Assembly: GCA_951406725.2 (NCBI GenBank) | Contig: OX597822.1 | Location: 111,476,001 to 111,540,000, forward strand | DNA length: 64,000 nt | Source: Octopus vulgaris | Lineage: Eukaryota | Reading direction: 5' to 3' | In this document: positions 25,031 to 38,960 of the stretch, piece by piece | Numbering within the stretch: position 1 is the first letter of the stretch | How the letters are laid out: every line of letters begins with the position of its first letter | Position numbers and translations under genes: made by a program | Notes under the pieces: model-generated | Told to the model about the DNA's origin: nothing | Databases searched by the model: none | What the model saw: only the letters and a program-made list of their open reading frames with translations

Positions 25031-26000
25031 ACATATACACACGTGCACTAGCACATTATTATAACATAACCTAAGATGTTAATATTAACACAGCGTTAGT
25101 AATATTTCCATAATGGAGTTTAAAGGTAGAAAATCAATATATTATCCTTCGGCATATCACGAGTGACCAACCCCTGAGAAATTACAGGAAGTGTTGCCAA
25201 TTCTCATGTATGATGTCGTAGTAAGTTAGTAATCTTGTACAATCCGATAATCGATTTTATTTGAAAAAAAACTATCATAAAATATATAGAAGCATATTTG
25301 TATTAGTTCATTTATTGATTTTATTGATTACGTCATTTCAAAGATACACACTCAGACACATATACACATATAAATTAACCTACAATTAAGTATTGCATTC
25401 CTAATTATATAATTTTTATTCTGCATACATACACACACATACACACACGCGTATACATACAATTTCGACACCTGCATCATGAGACTCAATATTTTTTTTA
25501 CTATTATTATTAAAGGTATTTTTCTATGAATGAGAAATAATATACATCGATATAATCCTTGTTTTTTTTTGTCTTTTATTTTGTCTTTCTGTAGATATCG
25601 GTATTTCGCCCTCCTTACGGGGTCCGGAGTACAACATACTTTGGGATCATGAAATTAGTTGGCAACGTTCACTTAAGACCTTTAGGAATTTTATACAATT
25701 GATTTTCTTATCTGTCTTCTACGCTATATATATATATATATTACCTCCCCTTACCTGGAACTCTTCTTTACACTTCATAACGAAGCCATAACACGATATT
25801 TTGAGAAATTTGAAAAGTTAACACGAAACCGGTAATTTCTTCAAAAACTATGTCACTGTATGAAAAAAATTTATAACATTCTTCTGACATAATGACTCAA
25901 ATATATTTTTTAACCTTTTAAAACAAGCCTTCTGTAGTTTTTTCACTTTTTACTATTTTCTATATATTCAACCACGTGCTTTCACACACCAACTTTCTCA

Positions 26001-26054
<54 letters not shown>

Positions 26055-26750
26055 ACAAATTATGGAAAATGGAATGTATGAGAGAAACATTATTCCTCAC
26101 AACGTTTCCTCCTATTTTGCATCGATCCCATTTGATGGACGTGCAACCTCGGTGCGGAGTTTTTCGTCAGTTTATTTTACAAGGGTTATCACGTTACATA
26201 AACTCTGCCTCGCTCGATTTTTACACACCATGTTGTTACTGACCGTAGGTTTCCGTCCTTGAACAAGAATGGCAAGTGACAGGTGTGTGTACATGTATTT
26301 AATAGTAAATCAATGACAGGTAGTAAATAAGAAAAAAATAAATAAACAAAGCGGTGCTCCAGCATGGCAGTAGTCAAATGACGGGAAAATGTACAAGAAT
26401 AATATAAATAAAAAAAAGTCACAAGCGTAAGTACACATGAATACTTCCATACATACATTTATGGTCCGCTGCATACACACATACACACGCACACACACAC
26501 ACAGAAACAGACCCACGCGCGCATCCCCTCTCTCTCCCCTTCTCAAGCACACATATGCTGTTATGTAGATGACATTAACCTCAGTAATAAACATCCAGCC
26601 AGTCTCGTTCGCGGTAGAAGAGCCTATACATCCTTGATCTTGTACCCGGTCGGGTACAGTACGTTCCGCGTGACAGGGTCGATCCTCATATATCTTTTCA
26701 TGGCTATTGTACACACACACACACACATACATATATATGTATATATGCAC

Positions 26751-26934
26751 AGGTGCAGGAGTGGTTCTGTGATAAGAAACTTGCTTCCCAACCACATCGT
26801 GCCGGGTTCAGTCCCATCGCGTGGCATATTGGGCAAATGTCTTCTACTATAGCCTTGGAGTGACCAAAGACTTGTGAGTGGATTTGGTAGAGGGAAACTG
26901 AAAGAATTCCGTTATATATATATATATATATATA

Positions 26935-26974
<40 letters not shown>

Positions 26975-27170
26975 TGTATCTGCTCCCCACCGTCGCTTGT
27001 CAGTCGATGTTGGTATGCACATCCCAGTTCAGTGAAAGAGCTCGATAGAATAAGTACTAGGCTTACAAAGAATAAGTCCTGGGTGTCAATTTGTTCGACT
27101 AAAGTCGATGCTCCAGCATGGCAACAGTCAAATGACGGAAACAAGTAAAAGAACAAAATAATAAAAGAAT
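26751..27170 (+). mobile_element. SINE family A, older copy
   Basis: Same head, internal (GT)n and tail, more diverged. Confidence 0.85.
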
Positions 27171-28563
27171 ACACTCATACACACACATATATATGTGTGT
27201 GTATATGTATCTATGTATTTAGTGAAGGAAAATAGGGTTTGGAGAGATGAAGGCAACTCCTTCAATCAGCACTGCATGCGAAACATAATAGAATCTCCAT
27301 TGAGGAGTATAGGAATCTATTAGGTTGAATGCATTGCCAGTCCATTCATACACAAGGTAATTCTCCATTCGATTCATCGCAAACTATAACTAGACATAGA
27401 ACAAAAAATGAAAGAATACTGAATTTTATTCTTTGTTTCATAAGTTTCACATGGCTTAAGAAACACTTTAAGGTCGGGAATACATTCTTGAATAACCGTT
27501 TCTTTAATGAATTGATTGATTCATAGTTTGATTACTCATATAGGCCATGGAATAGCGAGGAGACAGATGCTCTAGGCAGTCGAAACTTTTATTCACACGC
27601 TTACGTGTAAATAAACTTACGTTGAAACATAATTCTTCATTTTTTTGACTTTTTTGATTTATTGCTGACGAATGTTTCTTAGCAAGCACATTTTATTTTA
27701 GCAGCTACTCCCCAGTCTATAAAAGAGGAAGAATACACATTCCAAGCGCTTTAAGAACCATATACGCTTCTTAGAAATGCGTAAATACAATTGGTATACG
27801 CTGTCTTACAGAGTGTATGAATATATGTATATAAATATGTTTCTTCACATTCAGTCAATGCTTCATGAAATGAATGCAGCGAAATAATTTCTACATGCAA
27901 GCTTCTAAAACTGGTTTCATCTATTATTAATTTTCTTTTGGTCTTTTTACTTCAAAGAACTGTGAATGTTCCAAAACGCATATCGTATCTGGATTTACTT
28001 TATATTCATATTCATATATTACATTTGGCTATGAAACCCCCAAATAATGTTACCTTAAAATGATTTCATTATCACACTATGAATTTATTTGGAACAGTAC
28101 ATAAATGACATTTGATTTTATTGATAGAAAACCATAGATCGAGCTGCAACAGAGACCGATTAGCGGCTCTGTATTAAAAAAAAATATGTGATTATTTGCC
28201 TGTCTCCAATATATAGGACATTGCTCAAACAATCACATCTGAGTCCGTTGTTTCTTATGGCAAAAACAGTTGCGACCTTATGACAGCGAGGACGTAATTC
28301 CTGTTGTTTTATGATTCATTATTACCTAATTTGCTCTGACGTCACCTAACACGTTACTCCAAAACATAAAATTAGTCGGGTTTTAACAATTACGTTACTA
28401 TCACTCTCCCTAAGTGAAATCTTAATATACACACATACATATATATGTATGTGTATCTCTCTCTTTTTTTATATACATACGTACTTACACGGACACACAC
28501 ACATACACCAACACCCACCCACACACATACACCAACACCCACACACACACATATATATATATA

Positions 28564-28720
28564 TGTGTGGTAAGTAGCTTGCCTACCAACCACATGGTTT
28601 CGGGTTCAGTCCCACTGCGTGGCACCTTGGGCAAGTGTCTTCTGCTATAGCCTCGGGCCGACGAAAGCCTTGTGAGTGGATTTGGTAGAAGGAAACTGAA
28701 AGAAGCCCGTCGTATATATG

Positions 28721-28752
<32 letters not shown>

Positions 28753-28972
28753 CGTGTATGTTTGTGTATCTGTGTCTGTCCCCTTAGCATTGCTTGACAA
28801 CCGATGCTGGTGTGTTTATGTCCCCGTCACTTAGCGGTTCGGCAAAAAGGAACCGATAGAATAAGTACTGGGTTTACAAAGAATAAGTCCCGGCGTCGAG
28901 TTGCTCGACTAAAGGCGGTGCTCCAGCATGGCCGCAGTCAAATGTCTGAAACAAGTAAAAGAGTAAAAGAGT
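28564..28972 (+). mobile_element. SINE family A, slightly 5'-truncated
   Basis: Near-identical to 5611-5988 from GTGTGGTAAGTAGC onward. Confidence 0.9.
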
Positions 28973-29199
28973 ATGTATGTATATATGTAAAAAGCCAGCC
29001 CTATGAATTATAGGTCCAACTAATTTCTAGCAGCTCTGATGAGAGGAAACGTGAAATAAAATGTCTTGCTGAAGGACTCAGTGATCCATCAAGTTCATGA
29101 CCTTATGATCGTGAGGCAAATACCATAACCACTAAGATACCCCCCACACACACACACATGCACACACACTCATTCCTGGAAGAGACCATCCTGTGTCTA

Positions 29200-29820
29200 T
29201 AAAGATAATAAACGTACAGCTGGTGTGCCAACTGTCCCCAGAATTATTGATTTAAATCTGTTTTGTACCCAGGATACTTAGTGGCGAACAGAAGGAAAGA
29301 CGCATTAGCGACAGCAGAGTGAGGGTTGTGTTCATTATATCAAATTCAAGATATTGGAATCTCTGGTGACTTGTGAAGAAGCTGAATCTAATAATGTTAT
29401 GGTCCCGAGGTCTAGAGACAAATTGCGTAATGGAAACATCTGGCTTCCCCAAGAAGGAAGTAGGAGAGGCAATACAAGCTCATGATGATCCCCTTCTCCG
29501 ATAACAAAAGCAGCATCTATTATCGACTGAGTTACCAGCGGCCTGATTGTCAACAAATGTTACTATGTTGAGGTTTTGAGGTAGTTGATGATGGGATTTC
29601 GGCGCAAAAGTTGATAACACCTTCACCAGGATAATGCACCACTCCAGAATACCATCCTGGTAACCAACTAGATCTTGCTTCTTCTAACTTGTTCCTCAAT
29701 CGGAGGGAGAGGACGAAGGAAGCTGAACTATGAGTATTTGTATGACGTCCATGGGACCACCACGAACTGGGTGGAGCACTACAGCACATTCATTGAAGTC
29801 AGGAAATACTATTTTAAGAG
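29200..29820 (+). mobile_element. Decayed mariner transposase
   Basis: LVTCEE..YGPE..WKHLASPR, VNKCYYVEVL, LHQDNAP, DLASSN, WVEHYSTFIEVRKYYF in mariner order. Confidence 0.65.
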
Positions 29821-30872
29821 TTTTTGGGGTTTCTCATTTACTTCTTTAAAATGTTTTGTTCGTATATATGTACAGGTAAACAAATTTATATATGTGTACG
29901 TGTGTGTGTCTGTCTGAGTGTGTGTATGTGTATATATGTATGTATACATACGGATATATTTGTAGAATGAGAGAGAAAAAGAGAGAGAGAGTCGGGGATA
30001 GGAGGGAAGTACTATACACTTTTACCGTGTTTTCCATTACACACATGAAAAATATTATAATACAAATCATACATCAAAATCGAAAAGGTAACGGAACTGA
30101 GCTGAATAAAGATTTGAATGATATCTGATCCGCTGTCCAGATGAACGCTTAATGATTTCCAAATATTAAGTGCTTTTAATCTAAACAGACCTACGTCACT
30201 TGCAACCTTCTGTTAGAGAATGCCATCTCATCTAAATTTTGCATTGTTCCGAAAGACTGGAAGCTGGCATTCAGATAGCTACTCCTGTACTTGTTATAAC
30301 AGGGTCAGTCTCTTGATATAATACGATATATTTAATGTTATACTATTCACGCTCATTAAGTGCTTTTGTTATTGCTTAGGTTATTACTTGCCGAGTGTCA
30401 TATACTTATTGGCTTTTTCCATCTTGTTGATTTTGCAGCAACCGCCATTTCTACGTAACTCGCTTTCAGAGCAGGTTTATAACGGCTTCGTTTCCATTAA
30501 ATTAAATTGCATTTGTTTGAATAGAACACATTACATTACAAACTGATTAAATGGCTGTCTAGTTTCTTAACTTGGATGCTCTTACTTCTCTGGTGTTTTA
30601 AAATACTTTTGATGCTGCTGTTGTTGTTGTTGTCTTTTTTTAAAATATGCCCGATGATCTTTTTTCATATTTCAGCAGTACTCGAGTCAGGGATGAAGTT
30701 TATCTGTAATTATGAACGTATATGTGCTTGCGTAAGAGAGCATATCTGTGCGTGAGGGAGAACAAACACACACGCTCCCACTCACATTACACGCACGCCT
30801 GCATATATGTATACACCCCCCCCGCATGCACACACACACACACACGAATATATATATACAGAGATATATATA

Positions 30873-30941
30873 GAGGTATATTCAAATAAAATGCAAATGT
30901 ATATTCATATAAATGCATATATAGATATATGAGTATGTGTT

Positions 30942-30972
<31 letters not shown>

Positions 30973-31062
30973 GTATATAAAGAGGTATATTCAAATAAAA
31001 TGCAAATGTATATTCATATAAATGTATATATATAGATACATGAGTATGTGTTCATATATATG

Positions 31063-31117
<55 letters not shown>

Positions 31118-31165
31118 ATGCAAATAAGATGCAAATGAATATTCTTATAAATGTATATGCATATA
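30873..31165. repeat. Tandem ~110-130 bp unit, about three copies, with embedded (TA)n/(GA)n
   Basis: GAGGTATATTCAAATAAAATGCAAATG near 30873 and 30982, diverged copy near 31111. Confidence 0.8.
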
Positions 31166-31628
31166 TACATATATATATGTGTGTGTGTGTATGTGTGTGT
31201 GTGTGTATGTGTGTGTGCGTGTACACACATATTATGTACGTGTGTGCGTGTCTGTATGTAGGTGTGTGTGTAGAGAAAGATAGGCAAATTTTTAGTTGCC
31301 CATGTGTGTAAATAAATGTATGTGTGTATACATATATATATATAAATATAGACATAAGCACACACGTAGATATGCAAGGATGGGTGGAATGCTGGAATTA
31401 TCTTGGCAGGCATCGATGCTGCCTGTCAATATGATGTGAAAGTGTAAAGCGTTGTTCTGTGTGGTGAACGTTAAAATTTTCATCCACATAAGGACAAGCG
31501 CGTGCGCTCACACACACACACACACACACACACACATGCATTTATACACACAACACACACATATTTATTCATCCATACACCTATCTACATATACATGTGT
31601 ACATACAAACATACATAGATATATACAT

Positions 31629-31862
31629 TAAGGCGGCGAGCTGGTAGAATCGTTAGCACGCCGGCCGGAATGCACACCAGTATTCCGGCTGCCGTTACGT
31701 TCTGAGTTCAAATTCCGCCGACGTCGACTTTGCCTTTCATCCTTTCGGGGTCGATAAATTAAGTACCAGTTACGCACTGGGGTCGATGTAATCGACATAA
31801 TCCGTTTGTCTGTCCTTGTTTGTCCCCTCTGTGTTTAGCCCCTTGTGGGTAGTAAAGAAATA
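31629..31862 (+). mobile_element. SINE family B
   Basis: GGCGGCGAGCTGGTAGAATCG...GCCTTTCATCCTTTCGGGGTCGATAAATTAAGTACCAG. Confidence 0.9.
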
Positions 31863-32095
31863 GATATATACATACATGTATATATGCATATATATATATA
31901 TATATATAGATGCATATGTACATCCATATATACATAGGTGTTTGTGTGTGAGTGTGTGTGCGTGCGTGTGTGTGTAAACCTATAGATATATGTTCACGCA
32001 CAATCATGCAATCTCTCGAACGCATACGTCCACACGCACTACTATACTTTATGATATGTGTGTGAAATAAACAACGCTACTAAATTTTATTGAAC

Positions 32096-32251
32096 AGGCG
32101 TAAGAGTGGCTTGCTTACGAACCACATGGTTCCGGGTTCAGTTCCTCTGCGTGGCACCTTCGGCAATGTCTTCTACTATAGCCTCAAGCCGACCAAAGCC
32201 TTGTGAGTGGATTTAGTAGACGAAAACTGAAAGAAGCCCGTCGTATATATG

Positions 32252-32293
<42 letters not shown>

Positions 32294-32540
32294 TGCGTGT
32301 GTGTGTGTGTGTGTGTATGTGTGTGTGTGTGTGTGTGTACGTTTGTGTGTCTGTGTTTGTTCCCCCAACATCGCACGACAACCGATGCTGGTGTGTTTAC
32401 GTCCCCGTAACTTAGCGTTTCGGCAAAAGTATCCGATAGAATAAGTACTAGGCTTACAAAGAATAAGTCCTGGGGTCGATTTGCTCGACTACAGGCGGTG
32501 CTCCAACATGACCACAGTCAAATGACTGAAACAGGTATAA
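32096..32540 (+). mobile_element. SINE family A
   Basis: Family A head, long internal (GT)n, tail. Confidence 0.88.
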
Positions 32541-32950
32541 CGATAAATGTTAGAACGCGTATACAACATGGAATTTCCACTTTGAAATTTCATTTTCTCA
32601 TAAAGTATCAAATAAAAGATTAATTTACTCGGAGTGCCCCTTGCGATCGATACATCGACCGCGATTCTAAATGAATACACGCTTAATTACTTAAGCAAAT
32701 GCATCAACAGATGGTCGTGGTTGTTGCTATTCTTCATCTTCTTGCTTCTGTTCATGTTCTATTTGTGCATTCTTGCGATATGTATGCGTATTTTGGTATG
32801 TGTTATATATGTACGTGTCATAGGACTGCGCAGTGTGGTGTAACTTAGAAGTACAATCGTAAGTAGATAATCTACTGAACAAGTCAGTCACATGGTGATA
32901 TAGTCACCAATGGCTGAATACATAAATATGTATATGTATGTATGTATGTA

Positions 32951-33020
<70 letters not shown>

Positions 33021-33720
33021 TATATAGTTACATGTAAAACATGACTGTATACAGATATACAGACACAGATAGATACACGCATAGATAAACGTACATTTAT
33101 TCGACAATTATTTCTGATTTGTGCCTTTAAATCTTGATAAGGGGATTATACTGACATTTAATTAGTTATATACGAGAATGAAGTCATATATAATCTGTTT
33201 ATATTATACAATGGATATATGTGTGCATATCTAAATGTAGGAATGTGTGTATAATATACACATTCAACTGTGTGTGAATGTCTATGGTTATGGCTGTATA
33301 CCTACACATGTTTCCACATCTACAAATACATATCTCTATCTATCTATCAATCTACTTGTCTCTCTGTGTATCTGTCTGTATGTGTGCGTGTGCTTGCATA
33401 TGTCTGTGGAAATGAGTACATATAGGTACGCATGCCCGGACATATTTAGAAACGAAGATTGAGATAAAGGAGGTCAAGCCAACGATACAAATAAACAATC
33501 CATACTTCAATACACGCACATAGACAGACACACACGGACACACCCACTGACACACAGATATACACACACCACACGCGTATGTATATATATCTATATCTAT
33601 ATCTATATCTATCTATCTATCTATCTATCTATTTATCTCTCTATCTCTCTATCTCTCTCTTTATCTATCTATCTATATATATATATACTTTATTTAAAGC
33701 AGCAGAAAATTCAACAAAAT

Positions 33721-33758
33721 CTGTTACTCTGAGTTTCTCGTTGCCGTTCATCAGACAG
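33721..33758 (-). ncRNA. Minimal type I hammerhead ribozyme, canonical core
   Basis: Minus: CTGT-CTGATGA-ACG(GCAA)CGA-GAAAC-TCAGA-GTA-ACAG; stem I CTGT/ACAG; GNRA-capped stem II with one mismatch. Confidence 0.75.
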
Positions 33759-35167
33759 TTTTTGCTAGAATGGAACCGATATATCAATTCAATCCAGACT
33801 CTTACAAACGCTACACCTTTTTTGATTGGCCCTTTAGAAATAACGGTCAATCTTCGAGCGATAAACAAAAAAATGAGCTCAAAAATATATGTATATATAT
33901 ATATATAAAAATTATAAAAATTATAAAATTCGAGGAAAAAACCTTACATTGAATAAAATACATATTGACGTTAATGAAGGAAATATAATTAATGCATGGA
34001 AATTAAAACGCATTATAAATATTACACTGCAATACATATTCATATTAAAGTGTACATATATATATCAACATACACAGAAGGATGCGTGCAAACGCCATAC
34101 ATATACAGACGTATAAATATAAATCTAAAATATACACACAAATGCATGCATACATATATGTACGCAATCTATCTCGCATTCAAGTTAAAATCATCGATGC
34201 TAATGTAGCGTTTCTTATTTATGGAGTAAAGCTTAAGTAAGGGGGACGTAAAGTTGTATGCACCAGTATCATTTAGAGAAAAAAACGAAAGAAAGGAAGA
34301 GAGAGAAAAAGGAACGAAGAAGGGGGAAGGAAAAAGAAAAAGGAGGGGTGGGGGAAAAAACGAAATAAGAAAAATTATGTATAAAAGCTGTGTAACCGCG
34401 TTATTGACATATATGGAGACAAGTATACAAATACACAAGTTCGAACGGATACATACACATACAGTCGTGTATGTGTGTGCTTAAACACAAACATACGCTC
34501 ACTTACACATACACAGAGACGCATGCTTACAAATACATATCCATGGCTATACACATATTTATATCAAAATTCTAATTTTTGACAACATTGCTTTTTTTAA
34601 AAAAAGGTGAGTGCAATAATGAAAAATATACGAAAGACATATAAAATATAACACCCTATTTTGGATCATCTATAAATTAAAAATCAAGGTAATCCTATAC
34701 AATACAATAACATGAAATAAACAAAGCCGAAGGTTTTTCCTAATGTATATGTAGAAATATAAACAAAATATATGCATGAGACTTTGCTATACGGAATGAA
34801 ATTTGCATGGCGCGAAACAAATCCATCGTCGCGTTTACATACTAGTCCAAGAGTCAAAATCAAAATTTCAAAAATCAAAAATACAAAATATATACTCTAT
34901 CCATATGGTATATTTATATTTGACATTTTAAATTTGGTTGCGTGTCTACATAAGTTCATTAGCTCACTTCTTTGATTCAAAGAATTATTGTCTTTGAATA
35001 AAATATACAGTTTCTCTAATAGGCAAAGCTTGCATTTAAAATTATTCCTGTGTGCCCCATGCCTGTATGGTGCCGCATATTACTCTACCACTGGTATTTG
35101 AGTACTCTTTTTTTCCACCTTGTTTCACATTTATGTGTTTACTCCGGTGTATCTATATATATATATA

Positions 35168-35198
<31 letters not shown>

Positions 35199-35209
35199 AT
35201 GCATATATA

Positions 35210-35365
35210 GTTAATCCAAACATGGAAACACAAAGAGAAAACACAATAACGCAAGGACGTGGAACAAGTATAGTGTTATTAGACGCTCAGGAAACATAGG
35301 AAAAGGAAATATCCAAGGAAGGGAAGACGGAGGGAAAAAAATCGCCAACGATACACACGCGGTCT
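35210..35365 (-). mobile_element. PLE terminus family H with the HHR deleted
   Basis: Aligns to 47686-47900 but lacks the 50 bp between two GGAAA copies. Confidence 0.8.
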
Positions 35366-35444
35366 TGTTTTTATGAATTTGTGTGTAAGAGAAAGAGAGC
35401 GTGTGTGTGTGTATTTGTATCTTCGTCTTCCATTTAGACACGGC

Positions 35445-35870
35445 CTAATATTTGCAACCTCCACCAGTTAATGTTATATGAAGTAGTTCTCTTTTAATCG
35501 CCATACAACTGGTGGACGTGGTGACATTACGCATCTTGATCCTAAAGTAAGACCTGCGATTATTCAGCCCAGCTTTAGGTGGGTCCTCGATTGTTCCGAC
35601 GTATTTCCATTTGTATCTTCTTCTGTTGGTGCTGATCGAAGTTACATCTGCTTTGCAGTACATGCTGTCTATATAGAACTGACGATTTACAGAGCAGCCC
35701 TTGTAAACCCTACAAATCTGCTGCTGTCCACCGTTTGTGGGTCTTGGAATCCTTAACCCGAAGGAATTCTTCAAAGCAGAAATGGAGTAACGGAATAATT
35801 TACGGTTATAATTTGAGTTCAATAAGGCATGATTTACAGATAATAACATATTTTAGAGATTTATTTGAGG
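35445..35870 (-). pseudogene. Decayed PLE GIY-YIG endonuclease
   Basis: CRVYKGC...YCKADVT...KYVGTIE..KAGLNNRRSYFR resembles C..C..VYKAxVT..YIGxTE..FKxRxxNHxxSF. Confidence 0.6.
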
Positions 35871-36851
35871 TAAATACCTTAATGCATTCAGCAGGAAGAA
35901 ATGAGTGTGAATGGCGCTACCATTATACTTATAATCAAGCAAAGGTTATTCTCAGAAGAAGAATATTATTTATTGAAAATTTCTCACTGATTTAAATGTA
36001 ATGAATAAAGAAATAACAAAAAGTTAGCTAAACCTTCATTCAACTATTTACTGGCTATTAACAATCTTTTATTTCGCTTTTATTTCATATCATTATCAAT
36101 GTAGCTATTATTGAATAATTTGTTTGTATTTATCAAGAGATTAGAAGTTATTTAAATGATATTAAAAATCGATTCAATTTATGTTTTGTTTTAAAACTTT
36201 GATTTTTAACGGATAATCATGAATATTTCATAACTACACTGCCCCTTATTAGTTCGCAATTTTGTTATAACATTAAGACAAATACCGTCATGATCGCAAA
36301 CGGCGTTTAGAATAATGGTGGATTTCTCAAGAGTAATAAATTCGTAAGTGAAGGATCGTTGATGACCATTATATATGGATAAGTCTTTCAAGAGTGTAGC
36401 ACTCTAAAGAATCATACGTACTTGCATGTATAACGTGCCATGAGACAGGTTCAAATTTCCCATATCTATTGTTTCATTGTCGTTAATAGATAACCCATAC
36501 AAATACAAATATCAATCAATTACTCTATATTGGATGAGATTTTCGTTGACTACGTACTGTAAAATCTAACCGAAATCAAAGAACGGAATTAGCTGAAACA
36601 TATACACTCCCGAAGTAATTTTCGCTGCGTATCCATTAGCGTATAATTCTCATATGGAAAACGTCAAATGGCTTAATACATTCATCATCCTAACATGCGA
36701 TAAATATTGTTTGATTCATTGATTTCCCGAGTGATCCAAACCAATGTCCTTTCTTTAATTATTATGCCAAAAGAAATTCTGATTGAATCCTAATAAAAGA
36801 ATGAATTAGAGTCGTATTACATCTGGGGACTACTTAATGGTAAATGTTTAT

Positions 36852-37130
36852 TCATACCAATAATACGTTACGAAACTCAAAACGACACATCGTTGCACAT
36901 TTAGGCAGAGTTAAATAAAAAAAATGTAATACATTAGAAATATGAGCGTTCAATAGATGAGAATACCATGAGTTAACTCGTGTCATTCTGAGAGTAGTAT
37001 GACACAAACGATACAATATTTTTCTCATCAATCTGTTAAATTTGGGAACAATTGAATCAGTTACGCGTTCTGAGACAATTAGAAACATCTCCTTCAGAAT
37101 TACAATAGTATAAGCAATATATAACAACAA
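36852..37130 (-). pseudogene. Possible piggyBac-like transposase C-terminal remnant
   Basis: IVPKFNRLM, HLLNAHISN, MCRFEFRNVL resemble IVxxYNxxM / LLDxxxxNA / xEFRxxL. Confidence 0.35.
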
Positions 37131-38094
37131 AAAAGAAAAGATCTTATGAATTATGAAATATATAGTCGATAATAGGACGATATATCGAAGCTGTACTGTT
37201 TATTAATAAAATTATACCCTTTGAAATTTGGTATGTACTATCTAATTAAGTTTAAAGAGCTGATGATTTTAAAATAGAAGAAAACTTTACCCACATTTTA
37301 TCCACGCATATCTACACACATCCACATTAAACTAAGATAATTTGTATTATAGTAATGCTAAAAGTCTCATTTGATTTTGAAACATGCCCATTTCCGTATG
37401 AATATTACTGGTGTACTTCAATCATATAAATGCAAATTAAATTACTTTAGACATACAGAATCACACATACAAACAAGCACACAAAAGCGCACACCCGTAT
37501 ATAGATATTTCCCCGATTTAATATATCTCACGTTATTTTTTGCATGGAAATGGAAATTTAAAGCTATTTCAATGATATCAAATTCTGTTCTATTCAATTG
37601 CTTTCTAGCTTTGCTGATAAATTTGAATATGAGAAGATTTGAGTATTGATTATTTTTTCTTTTACATTTTTCTTATTAGTTAAATTATGATATTAAATGA
37701 GATTGCGTGTGCCGTCCTCCATAAGCATTCATGTATTCAACATATTCATGCATAAACACAACCATATATTTATATACCTATAATTTATATAAGCAGTTAG
37801 GCACCATGAATCTAAAGTTTAAATGTCACTAATTGAAAATGAGGATGCCAAAAAGCACCTATACTCCAAGAAATACAAGTTAAAATCCTTAAGGCTGCAT
37901 GTAGCGCGAGGTTTATATACGCTGACAGACGAGGTAGCAGCCCCAAGAGCAAAGCTAGGAGCACTGGACCAGTTCCATTTGTTGATTCCAAACTAGTCAG
38001 CAGCACCTACTCCATCGTTCGGATGGTTTAGATAAATCTATTTGTCAGTATATACATACATACATGCATACATACATATACACATATACATATA

Positions 38095-38141
<47 letters not shown>

Positions 38142-38144
<3 letters not shown>

Positions 38145-38332
38145 CAAAAAAAAAAAAAAAAAAAAACAAGACGAAAACATGTATTTATAAACAACAAACA
38201 GGTGTATTAGTTTAACACTCGGGAAGTGAGAAAGTCTGTTACGTTTCAAGCCTACTCTCTTCGACAGGAAGGAACACAGAAATAAACAGGGAGAGACAAT
38301 AGAGAAAGGTTTGGTGGCTAACGATCTATCAA
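38142..38332 (-). mobile_element. PLE terminus family G with decayed HHR
   Basis: Reverse complement aligns to 47461-47655 (GATAGATCGTTAGCCAC, CTGTCGAAGAG..GAAACGTA). Confidence 0.7.
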
Positions 38333-38507
38333 ATGAAATAACGAGGGTAGAAATTAATATTATTGAATAATATTAATTCAAACCAGTGGCCAGCATACTT
38401 AAAAAATATCCGAAGACTACAAATTATATTTAAATATATAGATAAGAGGAAAACCACTAGGTCACCTCCTAATATGATGGAAATAAACGCCAAAACATCC
38501 TACCACA

Positions 38508-38768
38508 TAAAATATGTTCTCAAAACTTGCATGACGCTAGATATTTGCGAGCAAGACAAATGAAAAGAAACAAACAAAGCAGTTAATTCTAAATTAAATA
38601 ATTACTTGTGGCTCATTAGTGGGTCACCAGTGGAATGATGAGCCACTAATAATTATTTAATTATTAATGGCGAAATCTAAAGGGATGGAATCAACTGCCT
38701 TGTTTGTTTCCTTTCCTTGTCTTGCTCTCAAAAATCTCAGCGTCATGCTAATTTTGAGAACGTATTTT
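38508..38768. mobile_element. Old imperfect foldback/MITE-like element
   Basis: GTTCTCAAAACTTGCATGACGCT..GAGCAAGACAA pairs with TTGTCTTGCTC..AGCGTCATGCTAATTTTGAGAAC; inner AATTAAATAATTA..GTGGCTCAT / ATGAGCCAC..TAATTATTTAATT. Confidence 0.75.
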
Positions 38769-38849
38769 TCATCTGTAACTTTGCGTCAGTGATCACGCGC
38801 TACACAAGTTCCTTCCAAGCACAGCTGTATACAACAGAAGAGAGCTAGA

Positions 38850-38960
38850 ACTGAAGGGCACACTTGTTTGAGAAGTGCTCAGCAACGTTAATTTCATGAG
38901 CAGGCTGTTCCGTTGATCGTATTACCTAGAACTCTTGTTGTCGTAAACGACGGAGTGCCA
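38850..38960 (+). mobile_element. Old 3' fragment of SINE family C
   Basis: CGTTAATTTCATGAGCAGGCTGTTCCGTTGATCG..GACGGAGTGC. Confidence 0.7.

Noticed and set aside
25594-25720. Strong splice acceptor followed by an FRPPYG peptide
   Set aside because: No convincing donor and a single short motif is expected by chance
27245-27380. Weak nested inverted repeat
   Set aside because: Pairing too short and interrupted for AT-rich DNA
29035-29060. CTGATGAGAGGAAACGTG as a hammerhead
   Set aside because: No stem II; explained as a decayed SINE family E segment (CTGAGTGAACTGGAGCAACGTGAAATAAA)
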